From assembly GCA_035507575.1 (NCBI GenBank), contig DATJNY010000023.1, positions 39 through 64,038 on the forward strand: DNA of 64,000 nt, given 5' to 3'. Positions within the stretch are counted from its first letter, which is position 1; every line of letters starts with the position of its first letter. This document shows positions 55,394-64,000 of this stretch, one piece after another. The stretch comes from Thermoplasmata archaeon (lineage in GTDB: Archaea > Thermoplasmatota > Thermoplasmata > Lutacidiplasmatales > UBA184). The position numbers were made by a program, and so were the translations under genes. Under the pieces are notes generated by a model. That model saw only the letters and a program-made list of their open reading frames with translations, did no database searches and was not told the origin of the DNA.

Positions 55394-55981
55394 TCATCCC
55401 CGAGCGAGAACGCGAAGCACGGCGTTCTCGAACGTTTCGGCCACGATGTCCGGGCGCAGGTCCGTGGACGAGAACTCCTCGGTCGATTGTTCCGGGTGCG
55501 TCCGACTCGGCACCAGCGCGGTCAAGAGACCCAGCCGCGCGCCGGCCTCGATATCCAAGCGTCGATCGCCCACGATCGCGCTCGTCGCGAGTTCAAGATC
55601 CCACTCCTTCTGGGCTTGTTCGAAGAGGAGCGTTCCGGGCTTGCGGCAGGCACACCGCCGTTCGGGGGCGTGAGGGCAGTAGTAGAAGGCGTCGATCTCG
55701 CTCCCGTCCCGTCGCAGGAGCTCGTTCAACCGACGGTGGATCCGCTCGACGTCTTCGCGGGTGTAGAGGCCCCGCTCAACGCCGCTTTGATTGGTCACGC
55801 AGATGACGACGAAGCCGTGGCGATGCGCGAGCGCCACCGCCCGGCCTACCCCCCGAAACAATTCGAGGCGGTCCGCATCCTTCAGGTAATGCAGATCCGG
55901 GTTCAGCGTCCCGTCCCGGTCGGTGAACAGGGCGCGCCGTCGGGTTGGCCCTGGGGGATCGATCGAGGCCGGACCCGCCAC
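55394..55981 (-). CDS. HAD-IIIA phosphatase (GmhB/HisB-N-like)
   Basis: DRDGTLN, TNQSG, CPH..CACRKP, VGD..D. Start approximate. Confidence 0.9.
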   Translation of the reverse strand: MAGPASIDPPGPTRRRALFTDRDGTLNPDLHYLKDADRLELFRGVGRAVALAHRHGFVVICVTNQSGVERGLYTREDVERIHRRLNELLRRDGSEIDAFYYCPHAPERRCACRKPGTLLFEQAQKEWDLELATSAIVGDRRLDIEAGARLGLLTALVPSRTHPEQSTEEFSSTDLRPDIVAETFENAVLRVLARG

Positions 55982-56041
55982 GCCGAGCGAACCCCGTGCA
56001 CGCCATAAGAGTTGACCCGTCTCGGGCGAGAGCGGTCGCCC

Positions 56042-56809
56042 ATGTCCGAGTCGGACCAGAGCGGAGGGACGGACGCGTTCGGGCCGCTCGACGACGCCAT
56101 CGAGGCGGTGCTGACCCCGTGGCGATCGATGCGGGAGCCGCTCACCCTGCTCCTCTCGGGCGGGGTCGACTCGGGACTGCTCGCGTGGGAGTTGAGGAAC
56201 GTCCCGGCCCTCCGGGCGATCACGGTGGGCATGGACGGCAGTCCGGACCTCGCCGATGCGCGCGCGAGCGCGGCCACGATCGGCGTCGATTGGGTGCCGC
56301 GGACGCTCAGCGCCGAGGACGTACGTCGCGCTCGCTCCGAGGTCGAGCCGCTGGTCGCGGGACTTCCACCCACCACCCAGCGAGTGTTGACCGCCTTCGC
56401 GCTCGCCGTGGAACACTCCCCCTCAGCGGTGACGCTGTGCGGGCAGGGCGCAGACGAACTGTTTCTCGGGTACGCCCATTTCCGCGGCCTCCCTCGGGAA
56501 GAGCTCCAGCGACGCGCCGACCTCGACCTCGCGACGCTTCGCGATCGAGACTGGCCGCTCTCTCAGCAAATCGGAACCCGCCTCGGAAAGAAGGTGGTCG
56601 CCCCGTATCTCGAGCCCGCCTTCGTCCGCGCGGCCCGGTCGGTGCCACTCGCCGTCCTCGACTCCGGAGGAACGCCGAAAGGATTCTTCCGGCGGTGGGC
56701 GATGCATCGAGGCCTGCCCGAGATGGTCGCGCTCCGTCCCAAACGCGCCCTTCAATACGGGAGCGGCGTCGACCGAATTCTCCGGCCACAGCGACGCGAG
56801 CGCGCCTAG
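56042..56809 (+). CDS. Asparagine synthase C-terminal (PP-loop) domain-only protein
   Basis: LLLSGGVDS, GQGADELFLGY, PYL, RPKRALQYGSG; no N-terminal glutaminase domain. Confidence 0.85.
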   Translation: MSESDQSGGTDAFGPLDDAIEAVLTPWRSMREPLTLLLSGGVDSGLLAWELRNVPALRAITVGMDGSPDLADARASAATIGVDWVPRTLSAEDVRRARSEVEPLVAGLPPTTQRVLTAFALAVEHSPSAVTLCGQGADELFLGYAHFRGLPREELQRRADLDLATLRDRDWPLSQQIGTRLGKKVVAPYLEPAFVRAARSVPLAVLDSGGTPKGFFRRWAMHRGLPEMVALRPKRALQYGSGVDRILRPQRRERA

Positions 56810-56852
56810 TCCCCGGGAGCAGGCCTATATATCCGGGGCCGGGTTGCGGCGC

Positions 56853-58220
56853 GTGTCGGACGACTCCGCCGAGTTGTTCTGCCCGCTCGAGTTCCGATAC
56901 GGCCGCCGCGAGGTCCGCGACCTATTCTCCCGTGCGGCCCGCCTGGGTCGAGCGCTGCGCGTCGAGGCGGCGCTCGCCGCGACGGAAGCCGAGCTCGGGA
57001 TGATCCCGCGCGACGCCGGTGGGTCCATTGGCCGCGCCGCGACGGTCGAGCATGTCTCGGTCGAGCAGGTCGACGCCCTCGAGAAGGTCACGCATCACGA
57101 CGTCATGGCCATGACCCGGGCCCTCGCCGACGCGTCGGGACCCGCCGGTCGATGGGTCCATTTCGGGGCGACCAGCGCCGACATCACCGACACGGCGCTC
57201 GCGCTGGAATTGAAGGAGTGCGTCTCGATCCTGCGGCGTGACCTGACGGAGCTCGCCCGCGTGCTGGCCGAGCTCGCCCGGACCCACCGGGCCACTGCGG
57301 AGATTGGCCGGACGCACGGCCAACACGGCATTCCGATCTCGTTCGGTTACAAGATGGCCGTCGGCGCGGCCGAGGTGCTTCGCCAGCGCCAGCGACTGGA
57401 CGAGCTGCTGCCCCGTCTGGCCGTGGGAAAGATGGCCGGGGCCGTCGGCACCTCCGCGGGTTTTGGGAACCATGCCGTGGAGGTCGAGAACGGCGTGATG
57501 CACCGGCTGGGGCTTTCGGCCGACGAGGCGCCGACGCAACTGGTCGGACGGGACCGCGTCGCGGAATTCACGAACTGGATGGCGTTGACCGCCACGACCG
57601 CCGAGCGGCTCGCGACCGAGATCCGCAACTTGCAGCGCACCGAAATCGCCGAAGTGGCGGAGCCGTTCGACGAACAGGGGCAGGTCGGAAGCTCCACGAT
57701 GGCCCAGAAGCGCAACCCGATCGTGACGGAGAACGTCACGAGCCTAGCGCGGCTCGTGCGCGCTCTCGCCGGGCCTCCGATGGAGAACATGATCCAGTGG
57801 CACGAACGCGATCTCGCCAACTCCGCGAACGAGCGGATCGTCCTCCCGCACGCGATCGTGCTCACGGACGACATCCTGGTCAAGCTCACGGCCGTGTTCC
57901 AGGGACTCCGGGTCGACGCGACGAGAATGCGGGAAGAGGTCGGCCGCTCGGGCGGTGCGGCGATGAGCGAGAGTCTGATGCTGGCGCTCACCTCGAAGGG
58001 CATGGCCCGAGCCGAAGCGCACGAGGTGCTGCGCACGCTGACGCGGGACCCCGGCGCTCCCCCTCCCATCATCGACCGCGCGGTCGCCGACCCGCGGGTG
58101 CGCGCGCTGCTCACCGAGCCGGAGATCCGAAGCTGCCTCGACCCCGCCCGCTACGTCGCCTCCGCGGCGGCGAAGACCGACCGGGTGCTGGCGCGACTCG
58201 CCCCGGACCTCGCGTCGTGA
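56853..58220 (+). CDS. purB: Adenylosuccinate lyase
   Basis: HHDVMA, HFGATS.D, GRTHGQH, SSTMAQKRNP, HERDL.NS. Confidence 0.95.
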   Translation: MSDDSAELFCPLEFRYGRREVRDLFSRAARLGRALRVEAALAATEAELGMIPRDAGGSIGRAATVEHVSVEQVDALEKVTHHDVMAMTRALADASGPAGRWVHFGATSADITDTALALELKECVSILRRDLTELARVLAELARTHRATAEIGRTHGQHGIPISFGYKMAVGAAEVLRQRQRLDELLPRLAVGKMAGAVGTSAGFGNHAVEVENGVMHRLGLSADEAPTQLVGRDRVAEFTNWMALTATTAERLATEIRNLQRTEIAEVAEPFDEQGQVGSSTMAQKRNPIVTENVTSLARLVRALAGPPMENMIQWHERDLANSANERIVLPHAIVLTDDILVKLTAVFQGLRVDATRMREEVGRSGGAAMSESLMLALTSKGMARAEAHEVLRTLTRDPGAPPPIIDRAVADPRVRALLTEPEIRSCLDPARYVASAAAKTDRVLARLAPDLAS

Positions 58221-58504
58221 GCGACGATCCCCCCCAATGGGCCGCGACGATCTCCGTCCGGCTCGGCGCTGCGGACGTCGCCGAGTTTCTCGAGCGGGCG
58301 TTGCGACCCGAGGCGGACCGCGAGGTTCCCCGCGCCCGCGCGTCGCTTGCGCGGGGGCCTCCGGACACCGTCGTGTTGTCGGTGCACGCCCGGGACACGG
58401 GCGCCCTCCGCGCGGCGCTGAATACCTACCTCGGTTGGGTCGATCTCTCCCTCGCCACGCTGCGCTCCGTCGGGTCGTCGGGAGCCGGCTCGTCGCCGGG
58501 CTGA
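58217..58504 (+). CDS. pcc1: KEOPS complex subunit Pcc1
   Basis: ALRPE, L.V.A.D..ALRAALNTYL.WV; located upstream of prefoldin beta. Confidence 0.8.
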   Translation: MSDDPPQWAATISVRLGAADVAEFLERALRPEADREVPRARASLARGPPDTVVLSVHARDTGALRAALNTYLGWVDLSLATLRSVGSSGAGSSPG

Positions 58505-58547
58505 GCTCCCGGCGAAGCCCTTATCTTCGGGGTCGGGTCAGCGAAGC

Positions 58548-58922
58548 GTGGCCCTTCCCGCGAAACTTCAGAACGACCTGAAACAGTTCCAGCGCCTCCA
58601 GCAGGAGCTCGGAAACACCCAGCAGCAGCGACTGCAGATCGACCTGAAGCTGCGCGAGGCGACGCACACCCTTGAGGAGCTCAAGGGGATCCCGGACGAC
58701 GCGGTGGTCTACCGCCCGATCGGGGGCCTGCTCGTTCGCGCGAAGAACAAGAAGGAGGTCGAGGACCTTCTCACCGAGGAGAAGGAGACGCTCGAGGTGC
58801 GCGTGAAGGCGATCGAGCGCCAAGAGAACCACCTGAAGGAACGGTACACGACCATGCAGCAGGAGCTGACCCAAGCGCTCCAGGCGGCGGGCGTGTCACC
58901 GACCGGATCGCCGCCGGAGTGA
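58548..58922 (+). CDS. pfdB: Prefoldin beta subunit
   Basis: Coiled coil with VYRPIGGLLV hairpin and EKETLEVRV. Confidence 0.93.
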   Translation: MALPAKLQNDLKQFQRLQQELGNTQQQRLQIDLKLREATHTLEELKGIPDDAVVYRPIGGLLVRAKNKKEVEDLLTEEKETLEVRVKAIERQENHLKERYTTMQQELTQALQAAGVSPTGSPPE

Positions 58923-58925
58923 GCG

Positions 58926-59987
58926 TCACGACTTCCGGCGTACGAGCCGGTCGGCGACCTCGCGGAGCAGCGGCTTGGCCGAGGCCCGGAGCGCCCGGGA
59001 TCGCTCGAGCCGTCGCAGCGCGCTCCCCGTGAGCTCGGCGATGCGCCGTTCCGAGTAATCGAGGCTCCCCGTCGACCGGATCACCTCGCGAGCCCGCGCC
59101 ACGTCTTCGGGCGTGGCCTGAGCATTGCCGAGAACGCGAGCGAGTCGCGCCCGGTCCGCGTCGGACGCCGCGCTCCAGGCCCGTACGACCAGGAGCGTCC
59201 GCTTCCCCTCGGCCAGGTCGTTCGAGCTCTTCCCCGACTCCTCGGCATCGAAGCCGGCCCCGAGCACGTCGTCGCGCAACTGGAAGGCAATGCCGATGTC
59301 GGTGCCGATCGCCTCGAGGTCAGCGAGGCCGGCGCGACCGAGCCCCCCCAGTATCGCCCCGATGCGGAGGGGACACGCCACGGTGTACATCGCGGACTTC
59401 AGGCGGTGCACGTTCAGCACGTCTGCCTCCGTGACCGAGCCCGGGTCGAGTGTGCCGTTCCGGATGTCCAGCAATTGCCCATAGGCCGTGAGGCGCGTCA
59501 TCCGCACGTACTCGGCGAGCGCGGCCAGGCGGGCCCCCGGGGAGGCGCGCACGCCCAGGATCCCGTCGACCGTGAACGGTTCCTCGAGGTCGCCGAGGGT
59601 GATGGCGATGCCCATCCCATACTCCTCGCTCGCTCCCTCGCGGCGTTCGCGGCGGTGTTCCGCGGTGAGGGATCGATGCACGGTCGGTCCGCCGCGCCGC
59701 TCCTCCGAGTGGTCGATGATATCGTCGTGGATGAGCATCCAGCTCTGGAAATGCTCCATCGCCGCCGCCGCCGGGAGGACCGGGCGGGGAGGTCGACCGG
59801 TGGCGATGTGGTATCCCGCGAGGAGGAGGATCGCCCGAAACCGCTTCCCCCCGCGCAGCGTGAACTCGGTGTTCACGTCGAGGTACGGGCGAACGGTGGG
59901 CGCCGCGCGCCCTCGCTCGCGGCGATACGACGACCGGATCTCGCGTTCGAGCGCCCGCAGATATCCAGAGACCTCGGCGAGATTCAC
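58926..59987 (-). CDS. Polyprenyl (geranylgeranyl) diphosphate synthase
   Basis: GGKRFR, LIHDDIID..RRG, GQLLD, FQLRDD, DLAEGKRT. Confidence 0.92.
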   Translation of the reverse strand: MNLAEVSGYLRALEREIRSSYRRERGRAAPTVRPYLDVNTEFTLRGGKRFRAILLLAGYHIATGRPPRPVLPAAAAMEHFQSWMLIHDDIIDHSEERRGGPTVHRSLTAEHRRERREGASEEYGMGIAITLGDLEEPFTVDGILGVRASPGARLAALAEYVRMTRLTAYGQLLDIRNGTLDPGSVTEADVLNVHRLKSAMYTVACPLRIGAILGGLGRAGLADLEAIGTDIGIAFQLRDDVLGAGFDAEESGKSSNDLAEGKRTLLVVRAWSAASDADRARLARVLGNAQATPEDVARAREVIRSTGSLDYSERRIAELTGSALRRLERSRALRASAKPLLREVADRLVRRKS

Positions 59988-60041
59988 GGCGGTTGCGCGT
60001 GGACTCCCATGTATATAATGCGCCCGGTTTTCCGAGGCCTC

Positions 60042-61148
60042 GTGGCGAGCACGGCGTTCGTACAGCTCTCGGGCGGACTCGTCGAGGCGATGGGCCAGCG
60101 CCTGGACGCGGCGAAACCGGTGCCCGAGGGGCTCGTGCTCCGCACCGGCGACGGTTTCCTCTACGCGTTCCTCGAGGATCCGGACCAGGTATCGCTCGAC
60201 ACGATCCGTCGGGTCCTGGAGGCGGGCGACGGAACTCCTTCGCACCTCGTCGTGCTGACGCCCGGCCACCTCCCGCTCGCGATCCAGGCCGAGATCCAGC
60301 AGCGCTCCGGTACCCTCGTCGAGGGCGCCCGGTTCGCCGAGTTGGCGCGCCAGCTGGGGCTCGAGTCGCTGCTGGGCGAAGCCCCCCGACCGCCCGGTGC
60401 GGCACGTCCTCGCCTGTTGCCGAGCGCGCAGCTGCTCGACGGCGCGATGCAGCGGGCGCGCACCTGGCTCGACTGGGGGGTTCCGGCCCTCGCGCTGCGT
60501 TTCTACCGGCACGCTTCGGAGTTGAAGCCCGGGTTCCTCCCTGCCAAGATCGGGATCGGCCGGTCCTTGCTGGGTCTCGGGCTGACCGAGGACGCCGATC
60601 GAGCGTTCACCGAGGTCATCGCGCAACGCCCGAACGACCTCGACGCTTGGCTCGGCAAGGCCGCCGTCCTCGGGGCGCGCGCGAAGCCGAAAGAGGAGAT
60701 CGAGGTCTATCGCGCGCTCCTCGCCGAGGACGAGGCCCGGGTCGAGGTCCGCGCTCACCTCGTGGCGGCATTGGTCGAGCTCGGGGACTGGTCGTCCGCT
60801 CGGGTCGAAGTCGAGGCGATGCTGCGCGATACGCCCGAGGACCCTCCCCTGCGGTTTCTGCACGCGGTCACCCTGATGCGCACCGGGGAGAAGGACGCGG
60901 CGGACCGGGAACGCGACGAGGCGCGGCACCTCGGCCTTTCGATCGAACGGGAGACGGCGCTCTGCCTCCACCTCGGCCTCCCTCCTCCGGCGCCGCCTTC
61001 CGCGGCGGGGACGCCCCGCGCACCGCGCCGGGCCCGTGCTGCCCCGACGCCCGCGAAGCCCGCTCGGCGGTCGAGCCCTCGGCCGAAAGCTCGGGCGCCA
61101 CGCCCCGCTTCCGGCAAGCGGGATCGGGCGGGCCGCAAACGTAAGTAG
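60042..61148 (+). CDS. TPR protein with N-terminal Mrr-like (restriction endonuclease fold) domain
   Basis: LVVLTPG...GTLVEGARFAEL resembles the Mrr_cat tail; four to five TPR-like repeats; basic disordered tail. Start ATG 60018 or GTG 60042. Confidence 0.72.
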   Translation: MASTAFVQLSGGLVEAMGQRLDAAKPVPEGLVLRTGDGFLYAFLEDPDQVSLDTIRRVLEAGDGTPSHLVVLTPGHLPLAIQAEIQQRSGTLVEGARFAELARQLGLESLLGEAPRPPGAARPRLLPSAQLLDGAMQRARTWLDWGVPALALRFYRHASELKPGFLPAKIGIGRSLLGLGLTEDADRAFTEVIAQRPNDLDAWLGKAAVLGARAKPKEEIEVYRALLAEDEARVEVRAHLVAALVELGDWSSARVEVEAMLRDTPEDPPLRFLHAVTLMRTGEKDAADRERDEARHLGLSIERETALCLHLGLPPPAPPSAAGTPRAPRRARAAPTPAKPARRSSPRPKARAPRPASGKRDRAGRKRK

Positions 61149-61181
61149 GCGCGTCCCGAATTCGCGCGAGCGGTTTGCCTC

Positions 61182-62084
61182 ATGCGCGTCGTCTCCGTCT
61201 TACCGAGTGCCACCGAGATCGTCTGTGCGCTCGGGCATCGCGACGAGCTGGTCGGACGAAGCGCGGAGTGCGACTACCCGGAGTCGGTCCGCTCGCTTCC
61301 CGTCGTGATGCGGCCGAAGATCTGGGACGCCGACCGATCCTCGGCGGAGATCGATGCCCGGGTCCGGTCCGTCCGGTCCACGGGCGCGAGCCTCTACGAA
61401 CTCGACATCGAGCTGCTTCGGCGACTTGAGCCCGACGTGATCCTGACCCAGGACCTCTGCGGCGTCTGCTCCGTAACGGACGCGGAAGTCGCCACGGCGT
61501 GCGCCCGGGCCGACGTCGCCCCGCTCGTAGTCTCCCTCACTCCCCGAACGCTTGCCGGGGTGTGGGAGACGGTCGACCGCGTCGGACGGGTGCTCAGTGA
61601 TCCCGAAGCGGGTCGGGCGCTGGCCCGCGAATTGGCCGCTCGATCCCGTCCGCCCCGGTCGCGAGGCTCCCGCCCTCGCGTCGCGGTGGTGGAGTGGCTC
61701 GATCCCCCGATCCTGGCTGGACTTTGGGCACCGGAGATCGTCCACGCGGCGGGCGGGGAGCCCGTCGGGGCGCAGAAGGGTCGACCCGGTAGTCGGACCG
61801 ACTGGAACGCGATCCGAGCCGCGCAGCCCGACCTCGTCGTTCTGAGCCCGTGCAGCTTCTCCGTCCCCCGCACGCAACGCGAACTGCGCGACCCGGTCCT
61901 GCGAGACGCCGTCGAGCACGTGTCCGCCGGAAGAGGGGTGTGGATCGCCGACGAGGCGTACTTCTCCCGCCCCGGCCCGAGACTGGCGGACGGCGTCGAC
62001 CTCATCCGTCACCTGCTCGCCGGGGACCGCTGGGACCCCCCGATGCCGGTCGTGGCCGGCCCGTGCGGGGAGGTGCCCGCGTGA
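61182..62084 (+). CDS. Cobalamin-binding/helical-backbone metal receptor family protein
   Basis: RVVSVLPSATE, LVGRSAECDYP, PDVILTQDLC.VC, FSRPGPRL. Confidence 0.88.
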   Translation: MRVVSVLPSATEIVCALGHRDELVGRSAECDYPESVRSLPVVMRPKIWDADRSSAEIDARVRSVRSTGASLYELDIELLRRLEPDVILTQDLCGVCSVTDAEVATACARADVAPLVVSLTPRTLAGVWETVDRVGRVLSDPEAGRALARELAARSRPPRSRGSRPRVAVVEWLDPPILAGLWAPEIVHAAGGEPVGAQKGRPGSRTDWNAIRAAQPDLVVLSPCSFSVPRTQRELRDPVLRDAVEHVSAGRGVWIADEAYFSRPGPRLADGVDLIRHLLAGDRWDPPMPVVAGPCGEVPA

Positions 62085-62788
62085 CCCTCCCTCCGGGATA
62101 CGCGTCCACGTACGCGTGGAGCCCGCGTCGGCCGGAAGCCCGGCGACTTTCCACGTCGCCGCAGGAGCTCTTGCAGATCTCGATCGCGTTCCTCGTGCTG
62201 ACGCTCGACTTCGTCCTGCTCCTCTACGCCGGCGGATATCTCGAAGGCGGCGCGCCGACGCTGCTCGGCACGATCCCCCTTTGGCTCGCGATCGCCACCG
62301 CCGCCACCGCTTCCGCCACGGCGTTCGTCGCCCACGAGCTGGCGCACAAGTTCTCGGCACAACGACGGGGGTACTGGGCCGAGTTCCGCTGGTCCCCCTT
62401 CTGGCTGGCGCTTTCCGTGGTGACCGCGTTCCTCGGGTTTCTCTTCGCCGCGCCTGGGGCGACCGTCGTCGGGGGCATGGGAGATCCCCGAGAGTGGGCT
62501 CGGACGAGCCTCGCCGGCCCGCTCACGAACCTCGGTTTTGCCGGCGTCTTCTACGCGGCGGCCGTGGCGACCGCGTCGTGGGGGAGCATCGTCTCCTTCC
62601 CCCTTCTCGTGATCGCGTTCTTCAACGGGTGGTTCGGCGCGTTCAATCTGGTCCCGATCGGGCCACTGGACGGCGCCAAGGTCCTGCGATGGAGCACGGC
62701 GACCTGGATCGCCGCGTTCGTGGTGGCCGCCGCAGTCGCCGGCGTCTGCTATTACTCGTTGTTCTTCCTGGGCCGGCCCCTGGTCTAG
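62081..62788 (+). CDS. Site-2 protease (M50) membrane metalloprotease
   Basis: HELAH, AGPLTN, FNLVPIGPLDG. Confidence 0.9.
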   Translation: MTLPPGYASTYAWSPRRPEARRLSTSPQELLQISIAFLVLTLDFVLLLYAGGYLEGGAPTLLGTIPLWLAIATAATASATAFVAHELAHKFSAQRRGYWAEFRWSPFWLALSVVTAFLGFLFAAPGATVVGGMGDPREWARTSLAGPLTNLGFAGVFYAAAVATASWGSIVSFPLLVIAFFNGWFGAFNLVPIGPLDGAKVLRWSTATWIAAFVVAAAVAGVCYYSLFFLGRPLV

Positions 62789-62797
62789 AGGGAAACG

Positions 62798-63733
62798 ATG
62801 TCCCAGCCGCGGGTGCTCGAACTGGGGGACGATCGCCAGCTTTTGGACCTCGACTTCCGGGACACCGAGGGGCTCGTCGCGTCGTATCTGCTCCCCGAGG
62901 AGGAGGGGTGGTCCCTCATCGAAACCGGACCCGCGTCCTGTCGCTCGGCGTTGCTGGCCGCGGTCGCTCGAGCTGGGGTCGACCCCGACGAGATCCGCCA
63001 CGTCTTCGTCACCCACATCCACCTCGATCACGCGGGCGGAGTCGGTGCGCTCGTCGACGATTTCTCCCACGCCACCTTCTACGCGCACGAACTCGGCGTG
63101 CCGCATCTCGTGGATCCAGCGAAGCTCGTCGCGAGCGCGCGGCGGGCGTGGGGCGCGGCGGCCGATCCGCTCTGGGGACCGATCGTTCCGGTACCCTCCC
63201 CGCGCGTCGTCGCGCTGCGGGGTGGCGAGCGGTTCCCCCTCCGGGACGCTTCGCTCGAGGTTCTGGCCACGCCGGGACACGCGAAGCACCACCTCGCCTT
63301 CTTCGACACGCGCCTCCGCGGAGTCTTCACCGGGGACGGCGCCGGGGTGCGGCTCGAGCGGAGCCAGCGGGTCCGGCCCGCGGTTCCGCCCCCGGACCTC
63401 GATCTCGACCAGCTGTTCTCGAGCGTCGCGGCGATGCAGCGGCTCGAGCCGTCCCGCGTGCTCTACAGTCACTTTGGCCCCAGCCCGGACGGGGCGGCGG
63501 ACCTTGCCCGGTACCGGGGCCTCGTCGAGTCGTGGCGGGACGTCGCGCTCGCGGCCGCCCGGGAGCGGGCCGACCCGGCCCATGTCGCCGCGGCGCTCCG
63601 AGCCTATGACCGCGGCGCCGTGGGGACCGCCGCCGGCGGCGACGATCGCCCGGACCTCGTGTCGGGGTACGAGCTCGCGGCCCGCGGTTTCCTCCGGTAC
63701 TTCGAAACCCACGGACAGCTGGGATCGCCCTGA
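62798..63733 (+). CDS. MBL-fold metallo-hydrolase
   Basis: THIHLDHAGG, TPGHAKHH, FTGD, SHFG. Confidence 0.9.
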   Translation: MSQPRVLELGDDRQLLDLDFRDTEGLVASYLLPEEEGWSLIETGPASCRSALLAAVARAGVDPDEIRHVFVTHIHLDHAGGVGALVDDFSHATFYAHELGVPHLVDPAKLVASARRAWGAAADPLWGPIVPVPSPRVVALRGGERFPLRDASLEVLATPGHAKHHLAFFDTRLRGVFTGDGAGVRLERSQRVRPAVPPPDLDLDQLFSSVAAMQRLEPSRVLYSHFGPSPDGAADLARYRGLVESWRDVALAAARERADPAHVAAALRAYDRGAVGTAAGGDDRPDLVSGYELAARGFLRYFETHGQLGSP

Positions 63734-63759
63734 CCGACGTCGGCGCCCGGGTTCGCCGT

Positions 63760-64000
63760 GTGGCGGCGACCACGCTCTTCCTCGCTCGAGCCGTCTACGC
63801 GTTCAACTGGTACAACGTCGGAGCCGTGCTGCCCCTCATCGGTTCCGGGCTTTCCGTCACCACCTTCGAGCTCGGAGTCGTGTTGGGATCGTTCCTGCTC
63901 GGGGCCGCGCTCTTCCAGATCCCCGCCGGCCTCGCGGCCCTGCGGTGGGGGAACCGACGGGTCTGTCTGGCGGCGCTCGGCATCATGGGAGCGTTCGCGA
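63760..64000 (+). CDS. MFS transporter, 3'-truncated by window edge
   Basis: YAFNWYNVGAVLPLI...FQIPAGLAALRWGNRRV (MFS loop motif A). Confidence 0.8.
   Translation, partial: MAATTLFLARAVYAFNWYNVGAVLPLIGSGLSVTTFELGVVLGSFLLGAALFQIPAGLAALRWGNRRVCLAALGIMGAFA

Noticed and set aside
1-64000. CRISPR arrays, IS elements, tRNA and rRNA genes
   Set aside because: No regularly spaced direct repeats, transposase motifs, T-loop/anticodon cloverleaf or rRNA signatures were seen. Polyproline and Kelch/PKD repeats are protein-level repeats. A tRNAscan/Infernal run would be needed to exclude them fully.

Overview
A high-GC archaeal chromosomal segment. Archaeal marker genes include L15e, L44e, S27e, LX, L1/P0/P1, eIF2-alpha, Nop10, Nop5/fibrillarin, aTrm56, GINS, prefoldins and Pcc1. 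Thermopsin-type surface repeats, Kelch/PKD proteins and RAD55 expansions suggest class Thermoplasmata, possibly a soil/peat lineage (inference; needs phylogeny). About 1-27 kb is accessory: large secreted beta-helix, Kelch and beta-propeller proteins, zinc-ribbon membrane proteins, regulators, a paralogous membrane-protein/membrane-ferredoxin pair, a GvpD-like ATPase and a gene remnant. About 27-64 kb is mostly housekeeping (translation, RNA modification, purine, isoprenoid, SRP receptor), interrupted by a HerA/VirB4-like ATPase followed by three KaiC/RAD55-family genes. I recognised no rRNA, tRNA, CRISPR array or IS element. Most long ORFs in the supplied track are antisense or off-frame shadows caused by high GC. 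The best candidates for an undescribed system are (i) the Met-rich membrane paralog pair with a NapH/MauN-type Fe-S module plus neighbouring Cys-motif and ATPase genes (17.2-24 kb) and (ii) the HerA/VirB4-like ATPase plus active and inactive KaiC trio (39.1-43.6 kb). Start codons were chosen by eye and no searches were run.
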